Source: Mustelus asterias (Eukaryota). Taken from it: a stretch of DNA of 64,000 nucleotides. Below, in pieces: positions 49,301 through 62,265 of this stretch (position 1 is the stretch's first letter; each line of letters begins with the position of its first letter). Made by a program: the position numbers and the translations under genes. The notes under the pieces are model-generated. The model had not been told where the DNA came from, did no database searches, and was given only the letters and a program-made list of their open reading frames with translations. Location: NCBI RefSeq assembly GCF_964213995.1, contig NC_135822.1:17608001-17672000 (forward strand), written 5' to 3'.

Positions 49301-50606
49301 CTATCGCTTTGAAGTGAATGAGGAGGGCGTTGGAAATTTTCTTTACGGTTGTTGGAACATGGAATGCTTTTGAGTTTTCATTTTATGAGGCAGGCATCAT
49401 TCAAGCACCTTGAGCTATTCTCTACACTTAAAGGTACTAAATGAATGCAAAGATGTCGCTTTTGATGGATAACTCGAGAAATATATGGTGTTGAGTATCC
49501 GAGGGGGCTTAAAGTGGAATTATAGAATCAATTTTGATTGTTGGAGAGGAAAATCAGTACAGATTTGACAGGCCAAATAACAGAACATTTACTGATTTAT
49601 CCCTCGCTTAATCGTTTTGCCAGGACGATTAACAGAATGTTTTTGCCCCTCAGTTGATTCAATTTAGTTTAATTGTTTTACCAAAAAGATTAACAGGCCG
49701 AATGGCCTTTTGGCCAGTAACCTTTTATAGTTTCTTTTGTGGCTGTCCTTCGTTACACATTTTCATGAGCTTATTCTTGGGTCATTCATTACGAAAATGA
49801 TTCTGCCATTTATCATTGAGGGATTTCACCTGGTGTTATGATCTGGTTGGGGGAGGTTAACATTTATTGAAGAAATCCAAACAACCAGCAATTAACTGAC
49901 ATAACTACAGCACAAGATCACTTTTTTAAAACAAAAATAAACTTTATTGTATATCGAAAATAAGTTGGCAAGTTGAGCACTATTAACACTAAAGCTCAAA
50001 AACTTGTGTTCCAGCTCTCCCAATAATTCCCTTCCCTTCACAAAATCTTTAACATTCATTTCCTTCTCCTGGGACCAATTTAAAAGATGTATCACAGCCC
50101 ACTGGAATTCACTGTGATCTTTCTTCCATGTTCCAGCTATTCGCCAAGTTACAAGATTTCATGGGGGTCCTTCCATTAACTTTTTGACTGAGAGACTCTT
50201 AATTTATTTACTGACCTCTGGATTCCAAAGCTCAAGCATAAGCCTCCCTCTGACTTCTGTGGAGTGACTTAACAGATATTTTAACACCTTTTACTCCAAT
50301 AGACTTCTGCTGTGGTTTTAAGCTACAACCAAGCTGATTACTTCGAGAACTACAACAAGATTACAACTGCCTTTTAGAGTATAACTAGATTTCTTCCTTT
50401 AGCTTCCAACTAAACATATCTGCCTGTACTCTTTTACCCTTACCTACTTTGTCTTATACTGAATACCAGCTCCCACTCATGTATGATAGATTTAGTATTT
50501 CCTCTACTTCAGGTGTAGGTCTGGCTTTTTCACTTGACTTCTAATGAGCTACAAATTATATACAACCCAAAGCTAATACAGTTCCGTAGTTGCTTTTCCA
50601 AACATC

Positions 50607-50654
50607 TTCCTACTGTGATTACCCCAGTCCAACGCCAGCATCTCCACATCATGA
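50607..50654 (+). mobile_element. ~48-bp Penelope extreme-terminus insertion
   Basis: TACTGTGATTACCCCAGTCCAACGCCAGCATCTCCACATCATGA flanked by the TSD TTTCCAAACATC. Confidence 0.7.
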
Positions 50655-50840
50655 TTTCCAAACATCAACCAACCTTGCCTGCTGGTTATGTTCTAACTGA
50701 ATTCACAGAGGGAACTAAAGTCAAACTCCACCCATCTCCATGGCAATGTGACAGACCTGGCCTGTTCCCAGGCAGAAATGCAAATGAACTGGCTTTTAAT
50801 TCCAAAGCTTTCCTTAATTCTGGGAAACCACACGAATGAC

Positions 50841-51192
50841 TTTTTTTAAAATACTTTTCTAATTCAATCAAATCAAATCCAATTCAGAGTCTCAACAAGT
50901 TGAGACATTTCAGATCCAGGCTGACAAGACAGGGTGAGCGACCAAACTACCCTGTCCTGGGCCTGATCTACATGAGCCAAGCTGATTGGAGAAGGGGGAG
51001 GTTCCTCCTCCAAGACTTGAGCTCATTTGCATCTTAGCCAAAAGGCCGAGATGCCGCTTTAAAAAATTGCTTCATATGAAACATATGAAGCTTCAGTGTA
51101 ACCTAATGACCTCAACCAAGTGCGGCTGACCATGGGCTGCCGATCATACTACACTTGATCTTAGCCAAAAGGCCGAGAAGCGAATAGGCCAA
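50841..51192 (-). mobile_element. U2 snRNA-headed short retroposon (candidate SINEU-like or Keno/Utopia derivative)
   Basis: U2 nt 2-39 at 51183-51146, second U2 copy (nt 7-27) at 51051-51031, A-rich 3' end, TSD GAAACCACACGAATGAC at 50824-50840 and 51193-51209. Confidence 0.8.
51146..51183 (-). ncRNA. U2 snRNA 5' fragment (nt 2-39), not a full U2 gene
   Basis: TCGCTTCTCGGCCTTTTGGCTAAGATCAAGTGTAGTAT, identical to the vertebrate U2 5' end. Confidence 0.9.
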
Positions 51193-53128
51193 GAAACCAC
51201 ACGAATGACTTATCCTTTAATGGACAAACTGTAAACTCCTGTTCTTTAGTTAAGTAAGCCCACCTGCTGTTCATGATCTTGTCTATCTTGCTGTTGACCT
51301 CTTAAGTCAACATGTCCCAACCTTTAAGTGTAATAAACTCCAAGCTTATTTTAATTGTATCTACTTCAGGGCTGCTTTTATTCATTTCGCAACCAGATGA
51401 GCTTGTTTTCTGCAGTTAAGAATTTTAATTGCTAAAATTGAAAGCCATATTCTAAAACATAAATTATAAACTAGATATTTGCAACATTAGGTTAACCTTT
51501 CAGTGCAGATATTAATTTTTAAAAAATGTTCCACGGGTCCGCAACTTGGATGGTTATCATTCAGTGCCTAAAAGATTTTTGTTACTTTGGGATATGTAAT
51601 TTAATGCAATAAAATCACTCATTTAGAATATACAGAAAAACGCTCTTCGCAACAGGAAAATAAACTGGAGCCACAATATCTGCCGTCTCCAAAATTAACT
51701 TCTGCATAAACTCACCCAATGTGAACATTTAATCATGTGCTGTTTTAAAGAAGCACAGCTATATTTTAGCAGAATATTGTTTTTCAAGAACAACCCTCTT
51801 TACAGTAATATTACAACAGTAATTAACCTGAAATTTCCAAGGTTGCAAGTGTCCTCTACACTTTTTTGATCGTTGGTGAGGATGACACATCATTTAATCA
51901 AATTAACAAAAAGTGTTCCCTTTTTCAAAGAACATATAAACTATAAAATCAAAATATTAAATTTTTTAAAATGAAGGAAACTATCAAGTTAAATCATTAG
52001 ATTATTTGGTGTTTGCCACACTTTGGCCTTGCCAATCAAGGATGGCCTCGAATATAGCAGCAGACACTGTCCTTAAGTATCCTGGTGTGGACATAGCTGC
52101 GGAAAGGAGATAGGTAGTGACAAGTGCCGTCTACGCAGTGTGTATACAGTTCCCTAGATTTAACTTTCTAATTATAGGATACATCAGGAATTAGGAATAG
52201 GCTTTGGAATTAAAAGATAGTTCATTTGCATTTCCATCTGGGAACAGGCCATGTCTGTCACGTTGCCATGGAGATGGGTGGTGCTCAGTGGGTTTCTTTG
52301 GCTTGAGTTCCCTCTGTGAATTCAGTTGGAGCATAACCAGCAGGCAAGGTTGGTTGATGTTTGGAGGAGCAGCTAAGAAACTGTTAGCTTTGGTCTTGTG
52401 TAGCTTGTAGCTCCTTGGAAGTCGAGAGAAAAGGCTTGGCCCTACACCAGGCATCTGACATCCCTATGAACAATGCCACGGGAGATCAGCTAATGTATAC
52501 TATAAATGTTTAATGATCTACCTTGAGCTGAATCTACATGCACATACACTTCCTGCAACCGGAAGCTAATGACAGCATTGTCTGAGTGGTGATGCAGTGC
52601 AGTCATTGCTTCCAGTCAGTCTATTAGAACAGGCGCAAAAAGAAATGCATTAAATGGTAATAACTAGGCACCCTAAAAGCAGAAAAGCCTGTTTCTGTTG
52701 CAGCTGGGGAGTGAAACCTCAGCAAATGTGTTTGCAGTTCTGAGCCTGGTCCTTGCCCCTCCTTCACTCCAAAGAGGGTTTCTCACAGATGGTGTGTGTT
52801 ATGCAAATCAGATGAGATGTGCTGTTATTAATTTTATAATGATGGACCCACACACAGCTCTTCAGTCAGTGAGAATGTATTTGGTTATTTAATTGTATAT
52901 TGTCTCTTGGGTTAGTGACCTTCACCAGTGGTTGCTCAATGAAAAGTGCAAGCTGTCAGTTTCACTGATGACACGGTGGGTAATTGCATCATGGGGATTT
53001 GGTACTGAGCGATATTACAGCAGTTCAAGAAGAAACCCGATCACCCGCTTGTCAAGGGACAGGCAACACGTTCCAGCCTTGTCAATAACACCCAGATCCC
53101 CTGATTTGATTTGTTTTTCAAAAGACCA

Positions 53129-53698
53129 GGGCCTGGATTTAATGGAGTCCACCAGAACAGGCTGGGTGGATCCACATAATCAGGGGTGAACCCTGCAGCC
53201 CTTTCCTGCCAGGGGAAACCAATCCCCAGTTAGTCAGCAGAAAATGTGGCAAACCTGCCTGCTGGCTAATGAAGTTCATTATTGAGCCACTTATCTAAGG
53301 CCATTATCCCGTAGCCCGGCAGGAATTAGTGATGGCTCCGAGATTCTGACAAACGCATGTAGTGCCTTCAGAAAACCCTGTTAGTTCTGCCAGTGGCCTC
53401 TTAGCATGGGGGGCTTCAAAGGCATTTAGTATCCAATCAAGGAACCCCATATTGGGAAGAGGAGAACCATCCCCATCTTTGTATTCAAACCCCCCTCCCT
53501 GCAACCTCCGACCGGTCAACACTCACCTGCCTCCAGGGATCCAGCGATGGTGCCTGCTGAAGGTGTCTGATTGGCCAGCAGCTCTTGGGGATTTAATTCT
53601 GTGGGAGGCCCGATTGCACATGAATATCGACGGGAAGCCCTTGGAGATGTGACATGAGTTCTCACCGGTGGCCACGTCACCTACATTAAATTCCACCC
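53129..53698. mobile_element. non-autonomous DNA transposon (Harbinger-like), degenerate
   Basis: Imperfect TIRs GGGCCTGGATTTAATG ... CATTAAATTCCACCC. Confidence 0.45.
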
Positions 53699-54374
53699 AA
53701 AAGATTCTAGGTTTGGCACCCAGTCTGCTGTATTTAAGTGCTTTAATTTGGGGCAGTAGTTGGTGGGGTGGGCAATAATTGGCCTCCATACTCTTGTTTT
53801 AAGGGGCAGGAAAATCAGTTTGCATTTCTGCACCTTCAGGCGAGTATCTGGGAGGGGCACTGCTGGGTGAGGTCAGGATTGTTGGCTGTGACCAAGTAGC
53901 CAGCCAACATAACCACAACTTGCATTTATATAGTGCCTTTAACTTAGCAAAGTGTCTCAAGCCAATTGAAAGGGGCAATTATCAGATACAATTTGATATG
54001 AAGGCAGGTACCAGTAGTCAAAGAAATAGTGTCTTAAAAGAAAATGAGGCAGAAGTGTTTAGGAAGGAATTTGAGAGCTTCAGTCCAAGGCAGTTACAAG
54101 CATGGCTGACAACCCTGAGATGATGAAAATCTCTGTCTAGGCTGAAAATTACTGAGCGACCACTTTGCAAAGCTCCAAGTGCATCTATCTCTTGGCAACT
54201 TCAAGTGCAAACAAGAGAAAATAGGGATAGAAGAAATCCCAGCTGACAGCTCGCCACTCCTGTGATGGTGCCAAGCAGCACAATATTTAATGAAGTTATG
54301 ATGCTGGACCAAGGGTCAGATGGTCGACAGGGTTTTAATTTCTAGTTGCTTTGAGTGACTGAGTTATTCAAATC

Positions 54375-54656
54375 GTAGAATCCTACAGTGCAGAAGAGAC
54401 CATTCGGCCCATCGTGTCTGCACCGACCACAATCCCACCCCGGCCACAATCCCATAACCCCACAGAGCTACAGTAGCTAGTCCTCCTGACACTAAGAGGC
54501 CAATGAACCTCACCCACACATCTTTGGAGTGTGGGAGGAAACTGGAGCACCCGGAGGAAACCCACGCAGACTCTACACAGACGATGACCCAAGCCAGGAA
54601 TCAAACCTGGGTCCCTGGTGCTGTAAGGCAGCACTGCTAACCACTGTGCCACCGTG
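54375..54656 (-). mobile_element. HE1 SINE (tail A)
   Basis: Family sequence. Confidence 0.85.
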
Positions 54657-57471
54657 TGTGATATTTCAGTCTAACTGGTATTCAACATGCCTGACTAGTA
54701 CAGATGTAAAACCATTTTCTATAATAAATATTCTGCTGCCTGAAATCTATAAGGAACTGCAGGTGTCCTCTGACCTTGGCACACCACAATACTTATGATT
54801 TCCTGCTGATGCCTATTTGGAATTGGCCTTAAAGAGACAGCAAGTTAACGACCACAATCCAGGTCTGTCCTGTGTAAAACACATTTGGTATAGTACTCTG
54901 TATATCAAATAACACACATGTTCATCTGCCTGTTTATCTGTGTATATCTATCTGTGTGCATGTGTTACTGCATATATCTGAGTGCCTTGCTGTGTGTTCT
55001 AACAGGTGGGCATGTTACTACATGTGTATTTTACACTGGGGTATGATTTCAGTTACTGTTCATCATCTTGCACCTTACTCTGAGTGTGAGTAGAGCTGTT
55101 CCATCATGGTGTGTAAGTATTAGATGATCTTTATCTTGTCTTCACCTGATATATGCAAAACACTTTGCAGCTGGGGTCACTACATAGTGAGTCGGAGCCG
55201 TGTCTGATTTCCTCCCCTTAACCCAGGAGTGCTGAACTATCGCTATAGTGCTAACTGAACGTAGAGCGAGACCTTCCTTCTCTGCTTGGCAATGCTGAAC
55301 CAGATGAGTCTCAGAAAAGCCTCTTTCAAATACACCCAAAGGGAATGAATAAGGAACTTGTGCACTGGTGTTAAAGTATTCCTCGGTTAGTTTATTTTGC
55401 TTCCTTTCTACTTGTGGAAATGCAACAACAACTTGAATTTCTGTAATGCCTTTAGTGCAACTAAATGCCCCAAAGGTCTTCATAGGAATTATTGATTCAG
55501 AGTAAAGTGCTGATATGATGTGTGTTGCAGTATCAGCTTTGGGGGAATATAAACCACACCCGCCAGGGACACTGGATGTCAGAAGCTGTCACTTCCTCGT
55601 GTGCTTGGATTAACTGTGCAGACCAATGCTGCCTTTTTGCTTTACAGTGGCTATCTACGTAAACCTGACAGGCTGTCCTCAGTCAGAAACTCTGTCAGCT
55701 ACAATTCTTGTTTGAAAGTGGTTGTGCATTTGCAGTCAATTCCCTGTTTGCTCCTTCCTGAAATCAGTCCTATGGATCTTTGCACTGGAACCAACCACAA
55801 GGCAGGCGTGTATCTTGTGTTGCTTGAGAACCTATTTTAATATTGAGAACCTTGGGTCAAGGCTGAAGCCCAGGACTACAGCAAGTTGGGGAAGTAAACT
55901 GAGCAGTGACTGTGATGCTGAGCATTAAAACTTATAGAGACTAAGGGAAGTGAGGAGCTCTGCAGTCCCAGGAAACAATGAGTTAGAGAAGAAAAGTGTG
56001 ACGTGTCCTGATTTTAATATAGCAAGAATGCAAAGAAGAAGGTGTAGAAATGGGGGGGTGGGGGGGGGATGAAATTAGAAAGAAGAGGGATCGGGGGAAG
56101 CATTGTCAATAAAAGAATTGTGGGGTTGAAGGGTTTAGGTTTTAGATTGAAGCCAGTCACTCTGTGACTGACACCATGTGGCGCAGTGAATTCTCTGTCT
56201 GGTGTTATAGACCTGTCACCTAGCAATAGGCTGTGATCTTGAGGGGTTTTTTTGTGTGCTGGTGTTCGGAGCCCTTTTGTAAGTTTGCTATTAACAGAGG
56301 GGCTTGGGCTGAGTGACATGGAGGGGTGGGGAAGGACAGTTAGCTCGCAGTTGAATGTTTTGGGTTAATGACCATTTAACTAGTGTCATCTATTGACTCA
56401 GGATGGAAATGATACTCCTACAAATGCAGTCCCCATCAGATGCTGCTGATTCCCAACCATTAGATCAGAGCCTGGTGCAGCTGCAGTCACACAGCATGGG
56501 TTAAGTAGGAAATAAATACTTCAAGGGGTCAAGTTTCTATATGACCTCTTCCCAGATAACATTCTGAGCAGAATTAAATAAGGACTGTGCTGCATTGAGC
56601 TTAAATGAGTTGCACGTTTTGCACTGGAGTATCCAAGATGTTTCACATTGATTCAAAAGTTCATCCACCTCCCCGAAACTGTCCACATCCCAATTGAAAT
56701 GGCATGTTTCCACAAATTGAGCCCAGATTCCCGGCTGTGTGGCACCCGTGATAACTTGAGTCCAGTGTTTAATCACAGACGACCAACCCGCTCTATTATG
56801 TTTCTCCTCCTGCTGCTGTTATTCCTTTAAACTCAGTTTAAATTGGGCTAAATGTCATCAATGACAACACAGCAGGATGCGCCTGTGTCATTCCGTTTAC
56901 CGTTGGTCACAGGTATTGTATACCAAGGGCAGATCAAAGTAGTCAGTTCAAGCCCATTTAAGAAGAGCATTAAACCAGTCAGTTGAAGGATGGCTCTTTT
57001 CCTAGCAATCCCAGTCCCTGGTGATGTTGGAGTATTGCTATGATTCTCTCATGAATTGATTGTGATCGATCATGCTGCTTGGTTGCGGAGACTCATGGTA
57101 GATTTTACATTTGGGTTTAGGCTGATGAGTTTGCTAGATATTTCAGCAACACCTCATGGAGCAGCAGAAGAATGTTCTGTGCATTCTGTTCATTCCACCA
57201 CTGGCATAAACTCTGCCCGCATTTGTATCAGAATTAATCACTTTTTGGAACATGGTGGCTTGTATAGGTAAATGTCAATTCTGTGCCAATACACCCCCAC
57301 CAACAGCAATGAATGTCTAATTCGTTGTTATGGTGATTGAGGGCAAAATGTGGCCAAGACACTGGGAAGAAAGAAGAATGTTCTCTGAACAGCCTGCCGA
57401 TCTTGAACATCTGTGTCAAAAAAGATGAAGGTCTCTGTTTAATGTCTCAGCATCTCTGCAATACTGAGGAG

Positions 57472-58226
57472 TGTTAAGACCCAGGCCAGAAACTCCAAGG
57501 TGTGTTTTGAAGTTAGACTAGACCCTAAATTTCACAGTTGATTTTGGCATGGGTGAACACAAGGTATGATTCAAGTGTCCCACTTGGAAGCTTTTATCAA
57601 ACAAAGTTTATTTAAGAACACCATTAAAATATGACAAAAAGGAATGAGCATAACTTTTACCAATTACAAGATTTAAACATAACACAGTATAAACCATAAC
57701 AGCTAGCTATCCAAGTTGTTCCAAATCAAACACCATACTACAGACACACACTCCTCTTCAGACTTGGCACAGAAACAAGTATGCTGACATGATGCCGGGT
57801 TTTCAGATTTTTAACACTTGTTGCGAATTGGTCTTTTGAATGTTGGATCAATTCTCTGAGGTTTCCTGGTTCCGGAACTTTCAGAAAGCCTCTGGAGAAG
57901 AGAGAGGCAGAGACACTCTTGTTCCACCAACTTCTAACAGCAACTGAGAAAATGAAACTAAAACTTGTACTTTTCTGTGGAGGAAAAACTGACTCTGGGA
58001 GCATCACCTGACTTGTCAATCAGGCTCCAATCCCCAAAGGACCATAAAACCCCAGAACACTGCATTAGGCCAGATTAAAATCAACATGATATCAATTGTA
58101 CTGCCTCAGCAGCAACAAAGGACGCCGGTCACGGACATCACAGTGCCGACAACTTCTAGGGCCTGCTAGAAACATCCCGCACAGGAACATAATTAAAATA
58201 CATTTCTTAAAAGCACAGGAGTGACA
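57472..58226 (-). mobile_element. solo-LTR-like element related to 13665-14651
   Basis: TGTTAAG...CATTTCTTAAAAGCACAGGAGTGACA; shares GAAGCTTTTATCAAACAAAGTTTATT with the other copies. Confidence 0.6.
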
Positions 58227-58229
58227 GGT

Positions 58230-58568
58230 TCATAGAAATCATAGAAACCCTACAGTACAGAAAGAGGCCATTCGGCCCATCGAGTCTGCGCCGACCACAA
58301 TCCCACCCAGGCCATACCACCATATCCCTACATATTTTACCCACTAATCCCTCTAATCTACTCATCCCAGGACACTAAGGGGCAATTTTAGCATGGCCAA
58401 TCAACCTAACCCGCACATCTTTGAACTGTGGGAGGAAACCGGAGGAAACCCACGCAGACACGAGGAGAATGTGCAAACTCCACACAGACAGTGACCCAAG
58501 CCGGGAATCGAACCCAGGTCCCTGGAGCTGTGAAGCAGCAGTGCTAACCACTGTGCTACCGTGCCGCC
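58230..58568 (-). mobile_element. HE1 SINE (tail A)
   Basis: Family sequence. Confidence 0.85.
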
Positions 58569-59480
58569 CGTACCGGTTGTCAAAGGGCTATGAGCCTGGG
58601 GGTGTGGGGATGGGGTTATCTAACCCTGCAACCTGCTGATCCAGAGGTGAAAACGTTGTCCATTGAGTCAAGCTGACACCAGCCCTGTTACAAAGACAGA
58701 AATTACTGGGAGCACGCGCAGGATCAGTGATTTTAAAAAAATACATGTTGTGACATTTGTGACAAGTATGCATCCTTCGCAGATACTGATGGTGTGTATT
58801 TCTGGCATTTGCATCTTGTCCTCTTTATTTGATATACCTGTCTTCATGCCCGCATGCATTCTCACTATCAATTGAATTATAACCAGCTGCTGGGAGATGC
58901 ATTAAGAGTTGGGAATGGGGATGTTTATCATTGTGTTTTCCTTCATGTCACATCTGAAATCAGGAACTGTAGCGATATGGTAGTGTTGTGGTTATGTCAG
59001 TCGCCGAGCAAACCAGAGTCTTGAACTAGTAATTAAGGGAACATGAGTTCAGATCCCACCATGGCAGATGAGAAATTGAATTCAATTTTTAACGTCTACA
59101 AATAAAACAATTGGTCTCTGTAGCACTGACATGAAACTGCCGGATTGACACAAATCCTCAATGGGTTCACTAATATCCTTCAGGAAAGCTGCCATCTTTA
59201 CCCAGTCTGCCTGTAAGACTCCTATCTCTAAAGTGGCCTAGTGCACAATTATGTCAAACCTTCCAGGAAGACTAAAGATGTGCAATAAATACAAACCTTG
59301 CCATCAATGCTCACACTCTGAGAGTAGATGTAAAAAAAATAAAATTCTGGAATATCATGGATGTTTGCCACTGGGGGTGCAGTTCGTATGGTGGACCCAA
59401 TTTATGTAGAACACAGTGAAACAGACAAATCTCTCGCATCCAAACCAGAGATGTTGGGTAGAATTCTTCGACCACGCCCA

Positions 59481-59591
59481 GGGCTAGGATTCTCCAGTCC
59501 TGCTGCAGTGAATGGAATTTTGCCTGCACGCCAAACTCTCCTTTCTTGCTGGCAGCAGGACCGGAGCGAATGAGATCGGAGAATCCCAGCC
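59481..59591. mobile_element. MITE (Harbinger-like)
   Basis: GGCTAGGATTCTCC ... GGAGAATCCCAGCC TIRs; similar to 33043-33179. Confidence 0.55.
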
Positions 59592-60301
59592 ATTATTTTA
59601 CAGAGAAGGTCTGTGTGGAGATCATTTTTGCTGGGCAGAAGTTAGCTATGATCTTACTATGGTTCTTGCACATAATGGATAATACAGTGCAGGGGTTTAC
59701 ATTGTACTGTTGTCCCTTTTGACCCTACATCAACTAATGGTTAGGACCAAGCAAGTTAGAAGCCAACTAAACAATATTAATTCAACGTGGATCAGCCAAG
59801 TTACTTTGTAAATCTCTTCTCTCCTCCAATAATGTGTTTCCAACTACATCTCGCTCTGTGCAGGCAATTTCTACAGATTGTGTAGGGTACCAACAGCAAA
59901 AGCTTTAGATATCACTCCTCTGCGGTAAGAGCTATATAGTCTTGAAAGTGGATTAATAAGGAGAATCCCCATAGATGTACATGAACTAATACTGCAGAAA
60001 ATGAAGATATAGGACAACACAAGGGGACAAGCTAGTCAGGGGCAAATGTTCTGTGCTGAGAGCTGATGCATCTGGAAGTTTAAAAACAAGGGTTCCCTTA
60101 ATGCTGCTTGGTCTGCACTGAGTGCAACTTTGAATGCATAGAGTGTCAAGCTGGGCGTTCGGTGAGTGAGGTGCTCCTTTCTTTTACCTTTTTCAGCCTC
60201 CAGCAATTGGCCCTTATTCTGTACAAGGAAGAAGCTGATTGTTAAACAACTGGTAAGTTATTACACTTATTCTAATTGTAATAAGTTTTAAGTTATGGTC
60301 A

Positions 60302-60620
60302 AGCAGTCTTTTTCCGCTGAGGCTAGGGGAGAAAAAAACCAGAGGGCATGGGTTAAGGGTGAAAGGAGAAAAGTTTAAAGGGAATATTAGGGGGGGCTTC
60401 TTCACGCAGAGAGTGGTGGGAGTGTGGAATGAGCTGCCGGATAAAGTGGTAAATGCGGGGTCACTTTTAACATTTAAGAAAAACTTGGACGGGTTCATGG
60501 ATGAGAGGGGTGTGGAGGGATATGGTCCAAGTGCAGGTCAGTGGGACTAGGCATAAAATGGTTCGGCACAGACAAGAAGGGCCAAAAGGCCTGTTTCTGA
60601 GCTGTAATTTTCTATGGTTC
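60302..60620 (+). mobile_element. CR1 3' end
   Basis: KFKGNIRGGFFTQRVVGVWNELP; TTCTATGGTTCTA tail. Confidence 0.85.
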
Positions 60621-61208
60621 TAAGTGGAATGTACATCCTGCAGTATGTGGGAAGTCATGGGCGCACTGTGTGTCCTAGGCAAACACAACTGCAAAAGGTG
60701 TCCCAGCTGCAGTGGCTGGAATCTACAAGAAAGTAAATGATTTTTATATAATTATTTTATACAATATAGAAGTAAATGTTTGAAAGTGAGGTAGTTTGAA
60801 GCCAAATTTAAACAAAATAAATTATTAAGGGGCAAATTGGCTGAGTTAGGAAAATGCATTAAAAGATATGACTACACAAAGACATTGGATAGTTTTAAAA
60901 TAATTATTACATTGTTTACAGCAACTATCCATTCCTTCAAGGCTCAAAAACCTAAAAAGAAGTAGTCAGCTGTGAGTAAAAAGGAAATTAAAGATTGTAT
61001 AAGATTGCCAGAAGTAGTAGTAAACCTGAGGATTGAGAGCATTTTAGAATACAACAAAGGACCAAGAAAGAATAGAATAGGAATGTAAAATAGCAAAAAT
61101 CATAAAAATGAATTGTAAAAGCTTCTATAGGCATGTGAAAAAGGAAACATTTTGGCTAAGATAAACGTGGGTCCATTACAGGCAGTCGGGAGATTTTATA
61201 ATGGGGAA

Positions 61209-62265
61209 TGTAAGGTATTAGATCAGAAACCCCAAAGTATATAATGAAGCTCAACTAAACCCCAACAGTTTTTCTATTTTGGCATTAGTGTGAGGATAAG
61301 GTGTTTCACTCCAGGTGTGATTCAATTGACACACTAGGAAGCTTTTATCAAAACAAACTTTATTTAACAATACAGTTTAACTGTAACAAATTAAATTTTA
61401 CCAATTGAAATACATAAGCATGACAGGATACAATTCTTAACTGCAAATCTATCTCTTGGTTCCAATTCCAGCAATATTCCTCTTTAAACTCCTCTTCCAA
61501 ATCAGTTAGCAACACACAGGCTATATGCTTGGGCTGCCAGTCCTCGAGCCTTCAGAACACCTCTGGAGAGAGACAGCGAAAGGAGCCCACTTCTCCTAGC
61601 AGATCCCAAACAGCAGCCTCCAGAGAGAGAGATACCTCTTGCGTATTTCAGAACCCAGCAGGAACAGCTGCCTCTTCCCTGTAAGCCCAGCTCCTCCCCT
61701 TAAGCACATGACCCTGTCAATCAACCTAATCAAAACCATACTCCGAAAACCCTGGGGAAAAACCAAATGAACAAATGCATTACCTCAGATTAAAAGCGGT
61801 ATGGTGGCACAGTGGGTTAGCACTGCTGCCTCACAGCATCAGGGATCCAGGTTCAATTCTGGCCTCGGGTCACTGTCTGTGCAGAGTCTGCATGTTCTCC
61901 CATGTCTGTGTGGGTTTCCTCCAGGTGCTCCAGTTTCCTTCCACAGTCTGAAAAGACGTGCTGGTTAGGTGCATTGGCCATGCTAAATTCTCCCTCCGTG
62001 TACCCGAACAGGTGCTGGATTGTGGCGGCTAGGGGATTTTCACAGTAACGTCATTGCAGTGTTAATGTAAGCCTACTTGTGACACTAATAAACTTTTTTT
62101 TTTAAAGTCCCTAGCTAAAAATCAAACGTTAGCCTGCATTCTCAGCATGTGACCTGCCTGTTTTTCAGTCAAATTGGCACCATATAAAACAGCGCTGAAT
62201 TTTAAACCTACCCCTCACAAGAAACATGTTATAAGTACATTTCTTAAAGGCACAGTATCATCACA
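61209..62265 (-). mobile_element. solo-LTR-like element (contains an HE1 SINE at 61797-62100)
   Basis: Right end CATTTCTTAAAGGCACAGTATCATCACA is the exact reverse complement of the start of the 13665 copy. Confidence 0.7.
61797..62100 (+). mobile_element. HE1/V-SINE-type SINE (tail B)
   Basis: Family sequence. Confidence 0.85.

Larger units (their letters stand above)
50657..52364. repeat. dispersed inverted repeat pair of ~170 bp (50657-50822 / 52186-52364)
   Basis: CCAAACATCAACCAACCTTGCCTGCTGGTTATG versus CATAACCAGCAGGCAAGGTTGGTTGATGTTTGG, with homology continuing inward. Confidence 0.8.

Noticed and set aside
51031-51183. Functional U2 snRNA gene
   Set aside because: Only nt 2-39 and 7-27 are present; no Sm site or 3' stems; embedded in a TSD-flanked insertion
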